DNA of 64,000 nucleotides, from positions 13,144,001-13,208,000 of the forward strand of contig NC_090335.1 of the NCBI RefSeq assembly GCF_035084215.1. The letters are read 5' to 3'. The DNA is from Heptranchias perlo (Eukaryota). The notes under the pieces are model-generated. The model searched no databases and was not told the DNA's origin. It saw nothing but the letters and a program-made list of their open reading frames with translations. A program made the position numbers and the translations under genes. This document shows positions 12,340 through 26,700 of the stretch, one piece after another (positions within the stretch are counted from its first letter, which is position 1; each line of letters starts with the position of its first letter).

Positions 12340-13525
12340 TGAAGTAAAAGGGGGGTCAAAGGAAAACCCTCCAGTGATTAGAGTCATACCTGACACAAAG
12401 GAAGATGGTTGTCGTTGTTGGAAGCCAGTTATCACAGCCCCAAGACATCACTGCAGGAGTTCCTCAGGGAAACGTCCTTGGCTTGTCATCTTCAGTTACT
12501 TCGTCAATGACCTTCCTCCATCATAAGGTTAAGAGTAGACCTGTTTGCTGACAAATCAAGAGTGTTCACCTGCAGTCACAACTCCTCCAATAATGAAGCT
12601 TCTCGTGCCAGCCTACTGCTGGACCTAAAATAATGTCCAGGCTTGGGCTGCCAAATGGCAAATAACATTCATGCTATATAAGTAATGACCATCTCAAACA
12701 AGAGAAAGCACAGCTTTCCATGACCTTCAACAGCACCATCATCGGCAGGGTCCCCACCTGCCTGAAAGGGTGGTGGAGGCAGAAACCCTCAACTCATTTA
12801 AAAAGTACTTGGATGTGTATTTGAAGTGCCGTAACCTTTGAGCTACAGACCAGGTGCTGGAAAGTGGGATTAAGCTGGATCGCTCTTTTTCGGACATGAT
12901 GGGCCAAATGGCCTCCTTTTGTGCCATGACTTTCTATGATTCAATGATCAATATCTTGGATTTACCAGAAGCTTAACTGACCAACTATATCAAACCGTGG
13001 CTACAAGAGCAGGGGAGAGGCTGGGCACTCTCCGATGAGTGGCTCACCTCCTGACCCCTCAAAGCCTATCCACCATCTACAAAGCTCAATTCAGGAGTGT
13101 GATGGTATACTTATCACTCACCTGGTCGGATGCAGCTAAATTAACACTTCAGAAATTTGACACCATCCAGGACAGAACGGTTTGCTTGATTGGTGTCCCT
13201 GCCACTGGACTCGGTATCTACCCCCTCCACCGCCTGCACACTATGGCTGCAGTATTTTTCATCTCCAGGATGCCCTGCAGCACCTCCCTTCCCTGTGATC
13301 TCTATCACTGAGAAGTACTTAAGCAATATTGTGGGAGTACCATCACCTCCAAGTTCCCCTCCAAGCCGCATACTGTCCTAGCTTGGACATATATCGCCGC
13401 TGGATCAGTATCCTTGAATTCCCTACCTAACCCCATTGTGAAAGCACCATCGCCACAAGGACTGCAGCATTTCAATAATAAAGCCCATGACTACCTTCTC
13501 GGCAATTATTGTAGTCTTGCCAACA
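12340..13525 (+). mobile_element. Non-LTR retrotransposon 3' portion (CR1/L2-group, family B) with a nested CR1 3' fragment at ~12758-12948
   Basis: GVPQG-like gagttcctcagggaa; ORF HLLTPQSLSTIYKAQFRSVMVY; homologous to 52235-53185, 27830-27978 and 45600-45862(-). The insert matches 53850-54045. Confidence 0.8.
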
Positions 13526-16500
13526 AGAACAAATATAAAACAGTAAACTCAGAACATGGAAAATGTTATGTCTGTCTACATTGGTCTCTTTCAGATCTAA
13601 CAAGTTGTACAAATGTCCTCTTTACTCAAAGGTCCTTATAAACCAGACTGCTAAACTATTACAGCAGTCTTGGCCCCATGCCCTAGAAATGGAGTTGGGC
13701 TAATTCTGCTTCACACACATGCCTGGATGAGAGTTTTAGTTTTTCCTTTACACCTGCAATCAGGTTATTGGATAGTTCCTTCTCTGGGAAGTATCTTCTT
13801 GAAGCATAGGTTGAGAGCTTGCTAAGAGATTTAAAGTTCTGAAGAGATCCTGTCCTGCACAGATGCAGAGGATGCCCTTTTATGGGATGGTCCCAAAGTT
13901 CAGTGGACTAGTTTTCTCAGAACAGTTGCGTTGTGCACCTCCCAAGGAACTTTTGGCCCAAGAAGTGCAGAAGTCTGTGCACTGAAACTAGAGAGTGTTC
14001 CTTTAGCTAAGATAACTTTGCCTTTTTCTCCTGTAACTTTTATCATGCCCAAAATTAAGGGAGCTGCTGACCTATCCAACAACCCAAAGGTCTCAAACCC
14101 AATGAAAAGTTCAAGATGGAACTGCTGCAGGTAATTGAAGCAGTATGGCAGGGAGACTGACTGCTGGCCATCGAACTCCATGACACTTAACTTTGACGTA
14201 GGGATTCAAGAGACCCGGGGATGATTGCACTCTCCCACTTCATGCGTTGTAAAGGAGAGTAGATGTTGGGTCCCACACTGCATTCAATTCCAGTACAGAA
14301 GCTCATTCAGAATATAGCAAATAATCTAATCGCTCTACCTGAAGAATTTGTGATCGTGCGCAGAAATCAGACCAAAAATGCAAAACCAAACTTGGACAAT
14401 GCAAGATATCACACAGTAGACTTTATCTATTGGGATTAACTAGAAATAGATAGTGTAGACATTTTTCAGAAGGAAAGGTCGCTAGATTTCTGCTGCACTA
14501 ATGGTGCTCGAACTGTACCACTGGTGAGGGTCTTTCAATATTCCTGGTGACAAATGCTTCAGAAATTTGCATAATTTCTTCTCCTACTCAGATCCTTAAG
14601 CTCTAGGGAGTGGCAACTACATTGATTCTGCTTCTTCGCTATTGGGCCAGTGAACTGTAAATCATCACTGATTGTCTCATTCACAGAATTGTTTGGAGGG
14701 CCAGATGTGGCTGGATGAATTCTACAACCTACATTTAATAACAGAGTGTCAGTCTGACTTTCCAAGGTTTCTGTCATTTGGTCAAGAATATCCTATCAGC
14801 ATCCAACAAAGCTCCCATTCTTAAGGTTTGCAATGCTAAGTGAAACAACCTGCTTGGATATGATCGTCTTCGCTTTCCCCTCTGATCTACAATATTTGCT
14901 GAAACAAGTGTTATTTGTCTAGGGTTGATCATGTTTCAGCTTTTGGAAGTTTTCCTTGGTGGGAATTTCATGGAATTTCATCACCTGCTGGAATTTAGAT
15001 TTTTGAAAGGCATCTGGAAAATGAAACCATTTGAAAGGCAGACCATGCTTACTGACTCCTACCCTAACTCATTCTCCCCCAGGAACTCAAAACTCTGGAA
15101 CCACTTACCTCCCTCAGTCTTCCTCCGACACAGTGGGCCTTGGTCCTTCACCTCCATTACTCAATTTAAAACAGAGCACCAACCTGGGATTTGGATCTTG
15201 TTTTACACAAGCTGATGTTAGGTCCAGTTAACTTGAAGGTTTCTTGTGATCTTACACTCCTACTTTTAAGACCAAATGTTCTATTATTTTGGCTTATTGG
15301 GTTAGGAAGCTTCATTCTCTGGTGTCACTTTAATTTGTTTAGACTAAGATGAGGCATTCATAAGACCAAATCCAAACCTGTACCTAAATTTTATTAGTTT
15401 AATTTATCTCAGGAAGACTATCTTCCACTACGCGCTTCTCCTTAAAGGAAGGATCACTTTACTGAAGTGCACAGATCCTTAACGTTCTACTCAAATAGAA
15501 CCAAGGAGGTCTGCAAGTCGAAGAATTTTTTTTGTGTGCTAAGAATACATTGGGCAAACCAACTGCAAAATGGCATCTGACTAAATGGGTTGCAGAATTA
15601 ATTTAATTATATGTTGCTTGTTGGCTGGTCAGAGATTATGGGGAAGGGATGAGAGCTGTTTCTACTCCTACTCACTCACGGGCTTGTTCAGAAAGAATTG
15701 TCTTGGTACTACCTGGAAGGTAATTAGAGTAATTTATGAAGCATCACTATTGTCATCTGACAGCTCAATGGAAAGCGCTTTGACCTATCATTCGCTACAG
15801 TGTCAGTGTTTTTTTTAATGTGTAGAGGTTAAACAAATGAGGAAGAGTGTTAGATTACTTTGTAGCTGGTATTCCTTGTACAGTCTAATTCAGTTTCCAT
15901 ATACAAAGCCTCATCTTGCCCTTTAGTTCTCTGTATGACCTGGCTTAGACTCTGCTGCCTTTTTTTGTAATGTTTAATTTCTTCATTATGTCAACTCAGT
16001 CTTGCTGATGCCAACCTTTTTTAATAAAGCTGAGGTACACGGCCAAATAGCAGGACTAGGGGAAGACAGCGTGGCTTCCTAGGACCCTACTGTGACACCA
16101 GGTTGTTAAGAGGACAAAGTTACAATAGTTCCTCCCCCCCCACCCCCAACCAATACAAAACTGTTCCGCACAGGTCAGAGGTGGAACACAGATTCCGTTA
16201 TGTGGATACACACAGCTGTCTCCAGCTCCATTACCAAACTGAAACTTCTGAAAAATCTAATTCTGTATCAGCAAGTAGAGGATTTTTTTTTCATTTGCTA
16301 AGCAAAGATTAGGGCAACCATTGGAAACAAATATTGGACAAATCTGTTGTAAATAAAGAATGCAAAGTGGTCAGTGGAATTGTATTTACTAGTATTACCA
16401 GCTAATAGGGAGAGATTTTGCCTGGTAAGTAAGATTCCTGTTAAACTAACTGAACCTCTTTGTCATTTAGTTGTCCCGATGTTGTCAATACTTCATTCAC

Positions 16501-17415
16501 AACTGATGCTGATACCTCAGTTTTTTTCTGTGATGTTTCTAGCTGGCATTGTTGCTGTATTGATTTTTAAGATTGAATTTTTGTGAATTAAGTTGAAGTC
16601 AAAATAGCCTTGTCTCTTCCACGTTGGTGTATTGACTGTACACCCTGTGCACTGGCCAATATTACTCTGCAGGAATACTTGAATAGTGTATGAAGCAGAA
16701 CTGTTTAGCTCTCAAGCCAGTCCTGAATTTAACTCTTTAAGGTGCTGTATTTTGCTGGAATTTTGAAACACAATTCGTCCTGCTTTTCTGCTATCTGGAA
16801 TAATTAGTGATCAAATCTTAAAAGCAAATTGCTGGCAAATAACGATGTTGTAGTAGATGCAAAAATCTGGTGTTTTATATTTTTTGACATGGTCCAGGAT
16901 TGCTGCTGTAGTATTCAGAATGCCGAGTGTTCTGTTCAGACTTGAAGCCCCTGTTCTTTTGTCAGCTTTTTCTGATTTGCTGTTGTGAGTAGCTGATAGG
17001 CCTGTCTGGAAGTACATGGAAAATGCAAAAGAGGCTGTGAAAGGGTTACAGAGAGTGGTACAATACAACAGATGCTGTTGGTGCTTTCTAGTGTTTCCTT
17101 AATGATGGATTGGGTGCCTTATTTCTGGGCAGTACAATGTGCTTGCTGAAGTTATATTGGATGGTATTGTAGCACCATGTCATTCACTATATAGCAGCAC
17201 CATCATTGTTCAAACCCATTGGTCGCTGAATAACACCATCAAATTATCTCTTCTGCACTATTGTAATTGAAGAAAAGTTAGGAGTAATTTATCTGCAACT
17301 GTTGTGAATTATACCATACTGTAAAACATGGTACTTATGTTGCAGTTAGAAGCATCTGATGTGATTTTTGGAACTACATTCTAAGGATTATAAATAATCT
17401 CTTTTTTATGTTTAG

Positions 17416-17546
17416 ATTTGCATTAAGGGTAAAGTGCACATATTCAAATACCTGAACATAGAGGCCTGTAGAATAGACAAGACTGCAGAATCCCTTTACC
17501 ACCAGCCTACAGAGAAGACCCATGTCCCACAACCTGTTGGTGGGAG
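17416..17546 (+). CDS. LRCH1: LRCH1 exon 6 (LRR cap): ICIKGKVHIFKYLNIEACRIDKTAESLYHQPTEKTHVPQPVGG
   Basis: tgtttag| acceptor, |gtaagt donor, 131 nt, phase 0 to 2; KGKVHIFKYL family motif. Confidence 0.95.
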
Positions 17547-17861
17547 GTAAGTTTCAAAAGCATTCTTTGTCTTCATGAGGCCTGTGCTTTGATGTGAAAT
17601 CGATAATGAGTCACTACTCTGCAGAATCCTTACAATGTTTTTAAAATCTTATTGTTAGAGTAATTGTATCACTCATTTATACTGCAAAATAGGGTGTTTA
17701 ATTTGTTCCCCGTGTGCCTTGAGCAAGCCATGATTACACAGATTCTCCATCTGAATTACTGTCATTTACTTCCTAAATAATTGGAGCTCAACGTTGGTAA
17801 AGACACGCACACATTCATGTGCACTCTCTCTCACTGTCACGTGCACACATTTATTCACATG

Positions 17862-17863
<2 letters not shown>

Positions 17864-17910
<47 letters not shown>
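17864..17910 (+). repeat. (CG)n(CA)n microsatellite
   Basis: cgcgcgcg followed by about 19 CA units. Confidence 0.95.
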
Positions 17911-17914
<4 letters not shown>

Positions 17915-17934
17915 TCTCTCCCATTCACACAAAT

Positions 17935-18375
17935 ATACAGAAGTCACAACAAGGAAAGAGGCCGTTTGGCCAACCAGTCTGTGTCGGTGTTTACCCTCCA
18001 CATGAGCAAATTGACCAAATCACATTTACCAGTCCTGTTCCCATACCCCTTCTTCCGCCTATCCGGCCTATCCTTAAATCTTGACATAGTTTCTGCGTCA
18101 ACCACTAACTCTGGAAGTGAATTCCACAGCCTCGTAACTTTCTGTGCAAAGAGGTTTCTCTTCCTCTCTATTTTAAATCTCTTCCATTTAATTTGTATCT
18201 ATGGCAGTTTGTTCATGACCCCTCAACAACTGGAAACAGACAGCTTCAATCTACTCTGTCCCGTCATTTCATAATATTAAACACGTGTATCATTATGCCC
18301 TGTAATCTGCGTTGTTATAATGAAAGATGCCCCAATTTTTCAAGTCTTTCTTCGTATTTATATTTTCTCATACCA
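17935..18375 (-). mobile_element. CR1 LINE 3' end
   Basis: Minus-strand translation YKYEERLEKLGHLSL; aaagaggccgtttggcc tail signature. Confidence 0.7.
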
Positions 18376-18619
18376 GATGGGGTAACATTCTGTGTCTCAC
18401 ACAGCGCTCTCTCTCGCATGCTCCCTCTCTCGCTTTCGGGCTCTCGCTCTTTCTCCACCACTCTGCTGCTCCACCTCTCCCACCCACCTCTCCGCCGCTC
18501 CACCTCTCCCACTCCCCTCTCCCACTCCCCTCTCTGCCGCTCCCTCTCTCATGCCCTCTATCATTATGCCCTCTAACAGATGCAATCTCACACTCAATCT
18601 GTCCCCCACACAGTCTTGT

Positions 18620-18935
18620 TGTCAGTCTTGGCTCAATGGTAGCACTCTTGCCTCTGAGTCAGAAGTTTGTGGGTTCAAGCCCACTCCAGAGTCTCGAGTA
18701 CAAAATTTAGGCTGACATTTCAGTACAGTACTGAGGGTGCTGCATTGTCTGAGGTGCCGTCTTTCAGATGAGACATTAAGCTATGTCTGCCCACTCAGGT
18801 GGATGTAAAATATCCCATGGCACCATTTAAAGGGGAGCAGCAGAGTTCTCCCAGTGTCCTAGCCAATATTTATCCCTCAATTACCTGGTTATTTATCTCA
18901 TTCATGGCTGTTTGTGGGACCTTGCTATGCCTATT
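18620..18935 (+). mobile_element. Deu-domain SINE (SacSINE1-like)
   Basis: ggctcaatggtagcactcttgcctctgagtcagaag...gggttcaagccc tRNA-like head plus Deu core; opposite orientation to 7091-7517. Confidence 0.8.
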
Positions 18936-18939
18936 CCTA

Positions 18940-19200
18940 GTTGCCCTGAGAAGCTGGTGGTGGGCCTTCTATCATATGTAGCAGGGGACTGGAGTCACTT
19001 GTACCAGACTGCATAGGGGTGAAGGCTCCCTTCCTCAAAGGACACTAGTAAACCAGTTGGGTTTTTACAACAAACTAGCAACTTTTATGGTCAAAACTTA
19101 TCAGATTTCTTCGATGAAGTTTTCCAACTTGTCGTGGTGGGATTTGAACTGTCAATCCCTGGGCTGTTGGTCCAGTGCCAGAACCACCAGGCTACTGCTC
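18940..19200 (-). mobile_element. tRNA-derived SINE (family C)
   Basis: gtggtgggatttgaact...ggtccagt...aaccaccaggctac reversed tRNA-like head; related copies at ~22400-22650 and ~28480-28640. Confidence 0.6.
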
Positions 19201-21014
19201 CCATGGATTTTTCATGCAACGGTTCATTAAATCAGGGTTCTGTTTGTTGGTACAGTAGCTTAAAGACTTGCAGTGTGGAACTTTGGTGCCTCCTAGTGGA
19301 AAATGTTGCTGATAATTTTATTTGAAACCAACAAGATTTTCTTACATTGAGTTGTATTGTATCAAATAGCCTGACATGCAGGATTTGCTTGTACAACATT
19401 TAGACCTGAAAACAGGCTGCTTTTATATTATTATTTCCCCAGCATGCACATTCTGACTTGTAGGTTGCTCTTAGTTTATGTACTTAGGATGAGAAAAGGC
19501 CATGAGGCCCACATGTCCGTTTTCTGCCGGACTCATCCCCACGTTCATACCCTTCCTTTCCCATTCCCACCTCCTGGAAGAGGCAAAACACAGAGCCCCA
19601 TAACAATTCAGGAATCCTCCGTCAAAAATTTTTCTCCATCCCTTCAGTGGGGATCAGGGGGCCTCAAAAGCGTCAATATCAAAATCTTACCTTCCTTCTG
19701 CCCTGGTTATGTAGTTCTCAAAAACGTGTTGAACGTTCTTGGCAGAGACATTCTATGGCAATAAAGCCTCTTATTGAGATGTCAGAGATCGAGGCTGCAA
19801 GAAAGCTCCAGAAAACTTAAACATAGGTTGAAAATAGCAGATACGCTTGTTTTATTGATTTAGTGTCTGCCAGTAACCTTGTACTATCTAGGAGTTTATG
19901 GATGAACCTATTCGGAGGAACCTATGGTCCCCTCTTCTTCACTGTACCTATTAAGGCTTTAGTACAGTAGGATGATATTGAAACTTTCTTGGCTAGGTGT
20001 TAATGCTGAGTTGATTTAGATTACACCCTCTGATGAGATAGGATTACAGATGGTTTGTAAAAGACACTGGGGGAAAATGTATTACTTGAAATGATATGTG
20101 AAGTAAATGTAAAACACTGCTCTTCACTTTTTAAAAAAAAGTTTAATGAAATAGGGAGAAGTATGTGGGTTTCTCCAGAAGTTACGGTAGGAGCTTGGGG
20201 GAACGCCTGTGGAAATTCCACCTCCTAATATTATAATTCATGTTAAATGATTCAGAAGTGCTTGATGATATTACGAGACAAATACTTGGTGGCCCAATGC
20301 ATTAGTGCACAACTTGTTCCCACCCAGCAAGCAGATTTGGTAATAGCCCAGGAACAGGTTCCACTGTTGCTTGCATAGCTGGTGTGAAGTGAGAGCATCT
20401 CATTTTATTTTTAATCCAATTTTTTGAGGCCTTGGTTCCAGTCCAAGTCCAAGAAGTTTGGTAAGAACCTCAACTCTGTGAAGGATCCAAGTGTAATGAG
20501 TTTATCCTCACTGGGAATTGGAGACTGACGCAGAAAGGCCCAAATCTGTCCTCGTATTCAGTATTGCTCTGACAGAGCGATCTGTGTGGGGTCCAAAATA
20601 GAATAATCTGCTCTTTAGCACAGTCATTGTTCACCTTGACCCATATTTCATACAATTAAATGAAAATAATTGGGTGAAAGAGGCATAAATGTACGTAATT
20701 ACTAGAAAACCAAAAAGTAAATGAACCGTTCTTTAAATGTCAAATGGATGATCAGCTATTCCCAGAGTTATAAATGCTGTTCATTAGTGAAATTAATGTT
20801 GGATTCTTACTGAATCTGTGCCAAATGGGACAGTTTTGGGTTATGCAGTGTGTTCACTGGGAATTCCTAACTGCGTGTACTTATTATACTAATGGTCTTC
20901 AGAGAGTTGAGACTTTGCTCCTTTTTTGCAGGAGCAGTAGTTTAGAAAGTACTATGTGGTGATAGTGACGGCTTCAGTTATTTCATTTTGGATGTTCTTT
21001 CCTTTTTTTTTAAG

Positions 21015-21102
21015 CATTGAAGATATTTATCCTGACAAAAAGCAAGATTTTGACTCCGGAATTGGGAGTGACAATGGGGATAAACGCCTGTCTGCGACTG
21101 AA
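21015..21102 (+). CDS. LRCH1: LRCH1 exon 7: SIEDIYPDKKQDFDSGIGSDNGDKRLSATE
   Basis: tttttaag| acceptor, |gtgagt donor, 88 nt, phase 2 to 0. Confidence 0.93.
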
Positions 21103-24100
21103 GTGAGTATTTCCGACGTCTTAATGTATCCATTTGACAGGCGAAACTCCTAAAGCAACGGGAACTCTAACAGTATAATTGGTGGCTTAACTAGTCGTCA
21201 TTGTTCTTAACTGAGCATGCAAGGAATGAAGACAGCCTACGCCTGTTCTGAACTATCTCGTGTAGCTCACATCTCCATTCCTGTGTTATCAGTTCTGCAA
21301 CTATATTTCACTATAAAAAGCGCATGAAACATTTGACACCTAATGTGCAGTTTATTTTTATAGCAGAATATCCAGTCACTGCTCCAGCTGAGCCATATGT
21401 AGATTCAGAAAACCCCTAAATTTTTCAGTAGTCAGTACGTTGGACTCTGCATCATCTTATCACAAAAGAGGTAACTGGCAGTTTGATGCAAGAACTGCTC
21501 CCTCTTCTATGCATTTCTTGTGATATTCAGCAGTATTGTGCTTTTCTGGCTTAGCACTGAGACTCGACTGCTGTCCAAGGTATAAATGGAAAGCCATGTA
21601 TTTGGCTGGGCTGCCGTGCTTTGCCTTGCCATAGAAGGTTTTTGTCAGTTGAATATTAGTTTGATTTTCATAAATTGAAGCCACAGAAATTAAATCTGCT
21701 TTTGTTAAATAAATTGTAAATTCATACTGAGCTTCAAGAATTAACTCAGGGACAGATATCCGATAATTGGCACTTTATGGATAGCTGAAAGCAGCCTTTG
21801 GTTGATTGGTTAATTGGACTACAGTGCATTATCTCAGGGGCAGGTAGAAAGAGATTTAAAAGAAAAATCACTATTTATAGAGAATAATAGCAATTTAGGA
21901 ATATGTTGTATGATCTGAACCCCAGCGATTATTGTTAAGAACACATGGATCTTCTGTGGCACTGTTTGGTTTTGTATCTTCCGCAGTTGCATATTTGTGT
22001 TCACATCTTCGGCAGTTGTCCATCCTTTAGTACACAGCTGTTTAATACAGCAACTAAGGCTACACAGGAAGTGGAGTGTAAATCTAATTGAGCATATAAC
22101 TTCTGCTTGCGTTTATCTGTTTGTTTACTTGGAATGTCCTTTATTTATGCACGAAATAAATAAGCCTCTTGTGGTTTAGTAACAGAAGGAGTGTGTCTAA
22201 AATATCCCATCTCAAACCTCTGCTGGTTTTTTAGGTTGCGAAGAGATGTGAAGTCTTTTTTGGCTGGAGTGGGGGGGTGGGGAAGGGAGAAATTTCGTGA
22301 GGAAATAAAGAAGTTTTCCTGTCAAATCGTAAGAAATAATGCAAAAACTTGAAACATAAAATCTGGGCGTACACATTCTTATTTGCCCTGAGGGCATGAA
22401 ATCGCAACCATGTAGAGTGGGACTGGACCCTCATGTAGGCCAGACCAGGAGGGGTGGCAGATTCCCTTTCCTGAAGGAGAATATAGAACCACTTGGATTC
22501 TAATGATGAGCTTTCATGGTCATTTCCTGGTACAAGCGCACATATCAGCAGATTTATTTTATTCAGTTTCACAAGTTACACTTGCCATGGTGAGACTGGA
22601 ACTCACAACTTCTGGGTTGCTCGTCCAGTACTATAACCATCAGGCTACCATGTATGCTAAAAGAGAAGAACTTACATTCATATAGCGTATTATCACATCT
22701 CGGAATATCCCAAAGTGATTCATAGCCAAAGTTGGGAGTATGTCAAACTTCAATCCCATGTGATTTGAGTAGCAATGAAGTTTTTTGCGAAACCCCAGCT
22801 ATTTTTCTTTCTGGATTCTGTGAAGTACAAGAGGAGTGTCTTTGTTGCCCTTGACTTTCATATGTCCAGGCAAAAAGAAATCAACCGTAAAACAGGCAGA
22901 AAAAAGCTTCTCTCATTGTTACTGGATTATTCATTTGATACCAATATGTGGAACAAAAGTCAGTAATAAAGCGAGAACTAAGAGTTGAAAGAAATAATTT
23001 TATTTTTTTAATAAAATGTGATTGCCTCTTTCAGTTAGTTTATATATGGTCACATCAGAACCTTGTGTTGAGTATTAATACCTCTGATGCTGAGCGATAC
23101 AGCTAACAAGGTCTACACTTGACATTGTACATTTTAGAAGCCATTAGAGAAAAACAGATAAAACCAGGTTAATTTAAAAAGGAAAAACCTATTATCTGTA
23201 ATTCCCTGGCCGTTTTGCTCTAATCTAATCCTAGATAGTTTTTCACTTATTTAGGTCAATCATATGAAGGACAGCAGTACTGTGATACTTATCTGCCTCC
23301 TATCCCATAGCTTTTGAATTTAATGGATTTCAACCATTTCAGAATAATCTGTAGTTCAAAGATTTTTCTCCGGCTAATTAGTTTTTTCAACCCAATTGGT
23401 CTCACCCAACATTTATTGTGAGCTGTTATTTTTTTAAAAAGAACAGCCTGTTATGATTGGGCAGTAAAAGAACGATCAAATCAGAAGTCTGTGGTCTTTA
23501 GTTAGTAGTCAGTGAGGATAGCAGCACCAGACTTCAGAGGAACACGTCCACTTCACTTCCACCTGACTGGCATCCAACAATGCCTCAGATCTGTTAGACA
23601 CAAAGGGATAGGTGGTTAACTTGGACAGATATTCTACATGCACATGTATGATAGAATAACTCCATAGTGATACTATACATATACACACACATGCATGGCT
23701 ACTAACAGTACTTCCTTCTCCCTGTACTCCCCCAAAGTCATATACATACTTAAGGAGACAAGTTAATAGGAAAGCATGTTGCACAAAAAAAATTGATTAG
23801 CCCAACAAGCCAGTTCTTTCCATAGTATGTATACAATTTATCCTTTCATGGATTGTAATACGCTTACTCTTCTACAGAGTTTTTCCCTGACCTCCAGAGA
23901 TGCACAGAACTCCACAACATTTATTTACTTGTACACCTTCATCTGGCTAGTTGCTTTCCAGAGATAATATTTCCTGTGCACTTCCAAACAACTTACCACC
24001 ATGTGGCCTCCTACTAAAGCTATGGTCATGGCTGCCATATTTTGCCCCCGTTGCTCATTTTTCATTCCTCTGACTTTTTCCAGGGTTTCTCGGGATTGCT

Positions 24101-25659
24101 GTTGTCTCCTTCACTGCTCCTCCTTCAAATCGATGATCTCCTCCGTTTATCATTCAACCCTTTCCACTCTGTTCCTGATGATTCCATGCTTTATTTAACA
24201 TCTTCCTTCAGATCGCACACTCTGGGTGTACACAACCTCCAGTCCCCAGCACAATGGCTGCACCTTGATCTCCATGCCCTTAATGGGGCAGTGAAAATGT
24301 TGTTTTTCAGCTTTTCAAACGCATAGCTTCTTCATGGTTCTAACTAGCAGCCATCTCCTCTTAACCCTTGGCTCCACCCTTCATCCTCCAGCAATCACCA
24401 TTTTTGGGCTCACTACCTTCTCTGTTCTCACATGGAGCTTCCATGTCTCCTTCGTTGCCAGAACTGCCTCCACAAAGCTTAGTTTGCTCTTTCATGCCAA
24501 ACACTTATTTTCCCTCTCAACGGCTGTTACTCTCTAGTTGGTTTAGAAGGAGTTTTCACTCCCCTCTGTGTGTAACAGATTATCTTGGCTGATTATTGCT
24601 GATTTTATAGTGTTATGACAATTTGATCATAGAAGGACTCACAAGTGCCTAGTCATATCCATATAAAGAAGTCCGCAGAAGTAGCATCCCATTAATGTAA
24701 GGTAGTGATTATTTATTGGTCTGCTCATTAATAATATTGATAGATTTGATTGTACATTCCAAAATTGGATTATACAGCAGATTACTCCAGCATTCAGCCA
24801 TGAATACTTTTGGACATGGATAGTCAAGGCATATTATGTTGTTTATGTTCACCCTAGTTTCCACCTGAATTACTCAACAGGTTATTAGCTCTGCTATTTA
24901 CATGGAATAGATTGTTGTAGAACAGTCCAAAGCTAATCTTGGTGATTATAAACAACAGCAATAGATTTTTAGAACCAGACACTATTCATTCTTGGGCCGA
25001 CCTGACCATTCAAGACGTTAGCCGTTAACGGTAAACAACAACAACTTGCATTTATATAGCATATTTAAGGTGGAAAAAAGCCCTAAGACGCTTCACAGAG
25101 GTGTAATCAGATAAAAATGGAGTCCGAGCCAAAGAAGGGGGAATTAGCTGAGGTGACCAAAAGCTTTATTAAACAGTTGGATTTCAAGGAGAGTCTTAAA
25201 AGAAGAGAGAGAGATGGAGAGTAGGAGGGGTTTAGTGAGGGAATTCCGGAACTTGAGGCCTAGATGGCTGAAGGTGGGGCAAAGGGTGGGGGCAATGCAC
25301 GAGAGGTGGATTTGTGCTTGGGGTCATGCTTTTGCCTGTTTCTTCTCTTCCCCCCCCCCCCCCCCATCCATGCCTTTATTCAGATGCACAGTATATCCAA
25401 TTTGTGTGTGCCAATTATACAATATATGGAGAAAGGGGAAAACTACACCAGAGGCGATCGCATTCCTAACCAGATGTTTAACCAGCAACTTTTAGATAGA
25501 ATTAATTGGCACCGTGTTGGGACTCTTGCACGTGTCCATTACTCTGTGGGGAAGGAAGATTCTTCTAATTTGCAGGAAACCTGTTAATTTAGTACTTATG
25601 ACCCCGATTACTGCAAGTACAATAGTCTGCTTTTATATGTTATATATGCCTCTTAGCGC

Positions 25660-26340
25660 TTAAACGACTTTCATCATGTCCCCCTGCAATCTTTGCAAGG
25701 AGAATAAGTTCAGCTCTGAGTCTTAGATAACTAACTCCCAAAATTGTCATTGTTGCTGTTCTCTGAATTGCCTTCACTGCATCAAATACCCATTGAAGGT
25801 AGGCTGCTCAGAGTTGAATACAACATTCCAAGTCTGTCCTCACCAATGGCCTTTACAGTGTTACCATAACTTGTACAATCTACAATCAAGTCCATAAGAT
25901 GCACTCCATCATTTGCTTAGCCTAGTGAACAGCCCATAATTATATTGAATCCCTTTATTTTTTCACCTTTTCTAATGGATTGCATTCAGTCTAAATACTT
26001 TTCCCCTCCTCGTTTCCATTGTTTGTTGTCTTACTTTTATCTGTTAAAATCTATCTGCCATTCTTTAGTCCCCTTGCACAAACAGTCCAGATTGCTTTGA
26101 ATGTTTTAACCACACTTATGCTTGTCACCTGACCAGATAACTTTGGCATCAGCAAACCTTGTTGTGTCACAAGATTCAGTCTGCTCCTTATCATGTATGA
26201 ATAGCACAGACAACGATGGACCAAGAAGAGTTCCGTCTGAAACTCTACTAGTCCCTGCTCCCCAGGCGGAGCATTTTCCATTGATCACCACCTTCTACTT
26301 CCCCTTTCAGACCCGACTTTCAATCTCGCTAAATTACTTC
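25660..26340 (-). mobile_element. Old CR1 LINE fragment
   Basis: Minus-strand translation GTLLGPSLSVLFIHD...TRFADA (RT motifs GSVLGP and KFADD). Confidence 0.7.
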
Positions 26341-26700
26341 AGTACTTCACAGCATGATCATGTTCTTTGTGCGCACTCATACACACAAAAAGGGGCTTAG
26401 TACTTCAGTGATGTTAGCTTCAGGTTTTATTTGCATTGTACTTCTATTTTAGATTCAATCAGAACTTCATATACTCTAACTTAATTACTACCTGGATTAA
26501 ACAATATCTACTAGAATAATTAACATTTTATGGCAAAAATTTCATTAAAAAAAAAAGTTAACGTCCTTTTTCAGCAATCAATATAAACCTGTTGGAGTAG
26601 GAGAAAATGGTTGCTTAGTGTTTGCAAAGTCTTCTGTACTGCTCTGAAATGATGTATTTGCATTTGTTCACTGCATTTAATGTGGGATTTCCACCATCAG

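Noticed and set aside
18620-18700. tRNA-like sequence
   Set aside because: It is the head of a SINE, continuous with the Deu core; not a tRNA gene
17781-18715. Overlapping ORFs up to 151 aa (His/Thr and Ser/Pro rich)
   Set aside because: Arise from the (CA)n repeat, CT-rich low complexity, and antisense CR1/SINE sequence
20932-20958. Possible microexon after ttttttgcag upstream of exon 7
   Set aside because: It would leave a 56-nt intron and has a weak donor; read-through hits TGA; it is not needed for frame
23507-23570. C/D box snoRNA-like gtgagga...ctga
   Set aside because: Imperfect C box, negligible terminal stem outside the boxes, no recognisable guide
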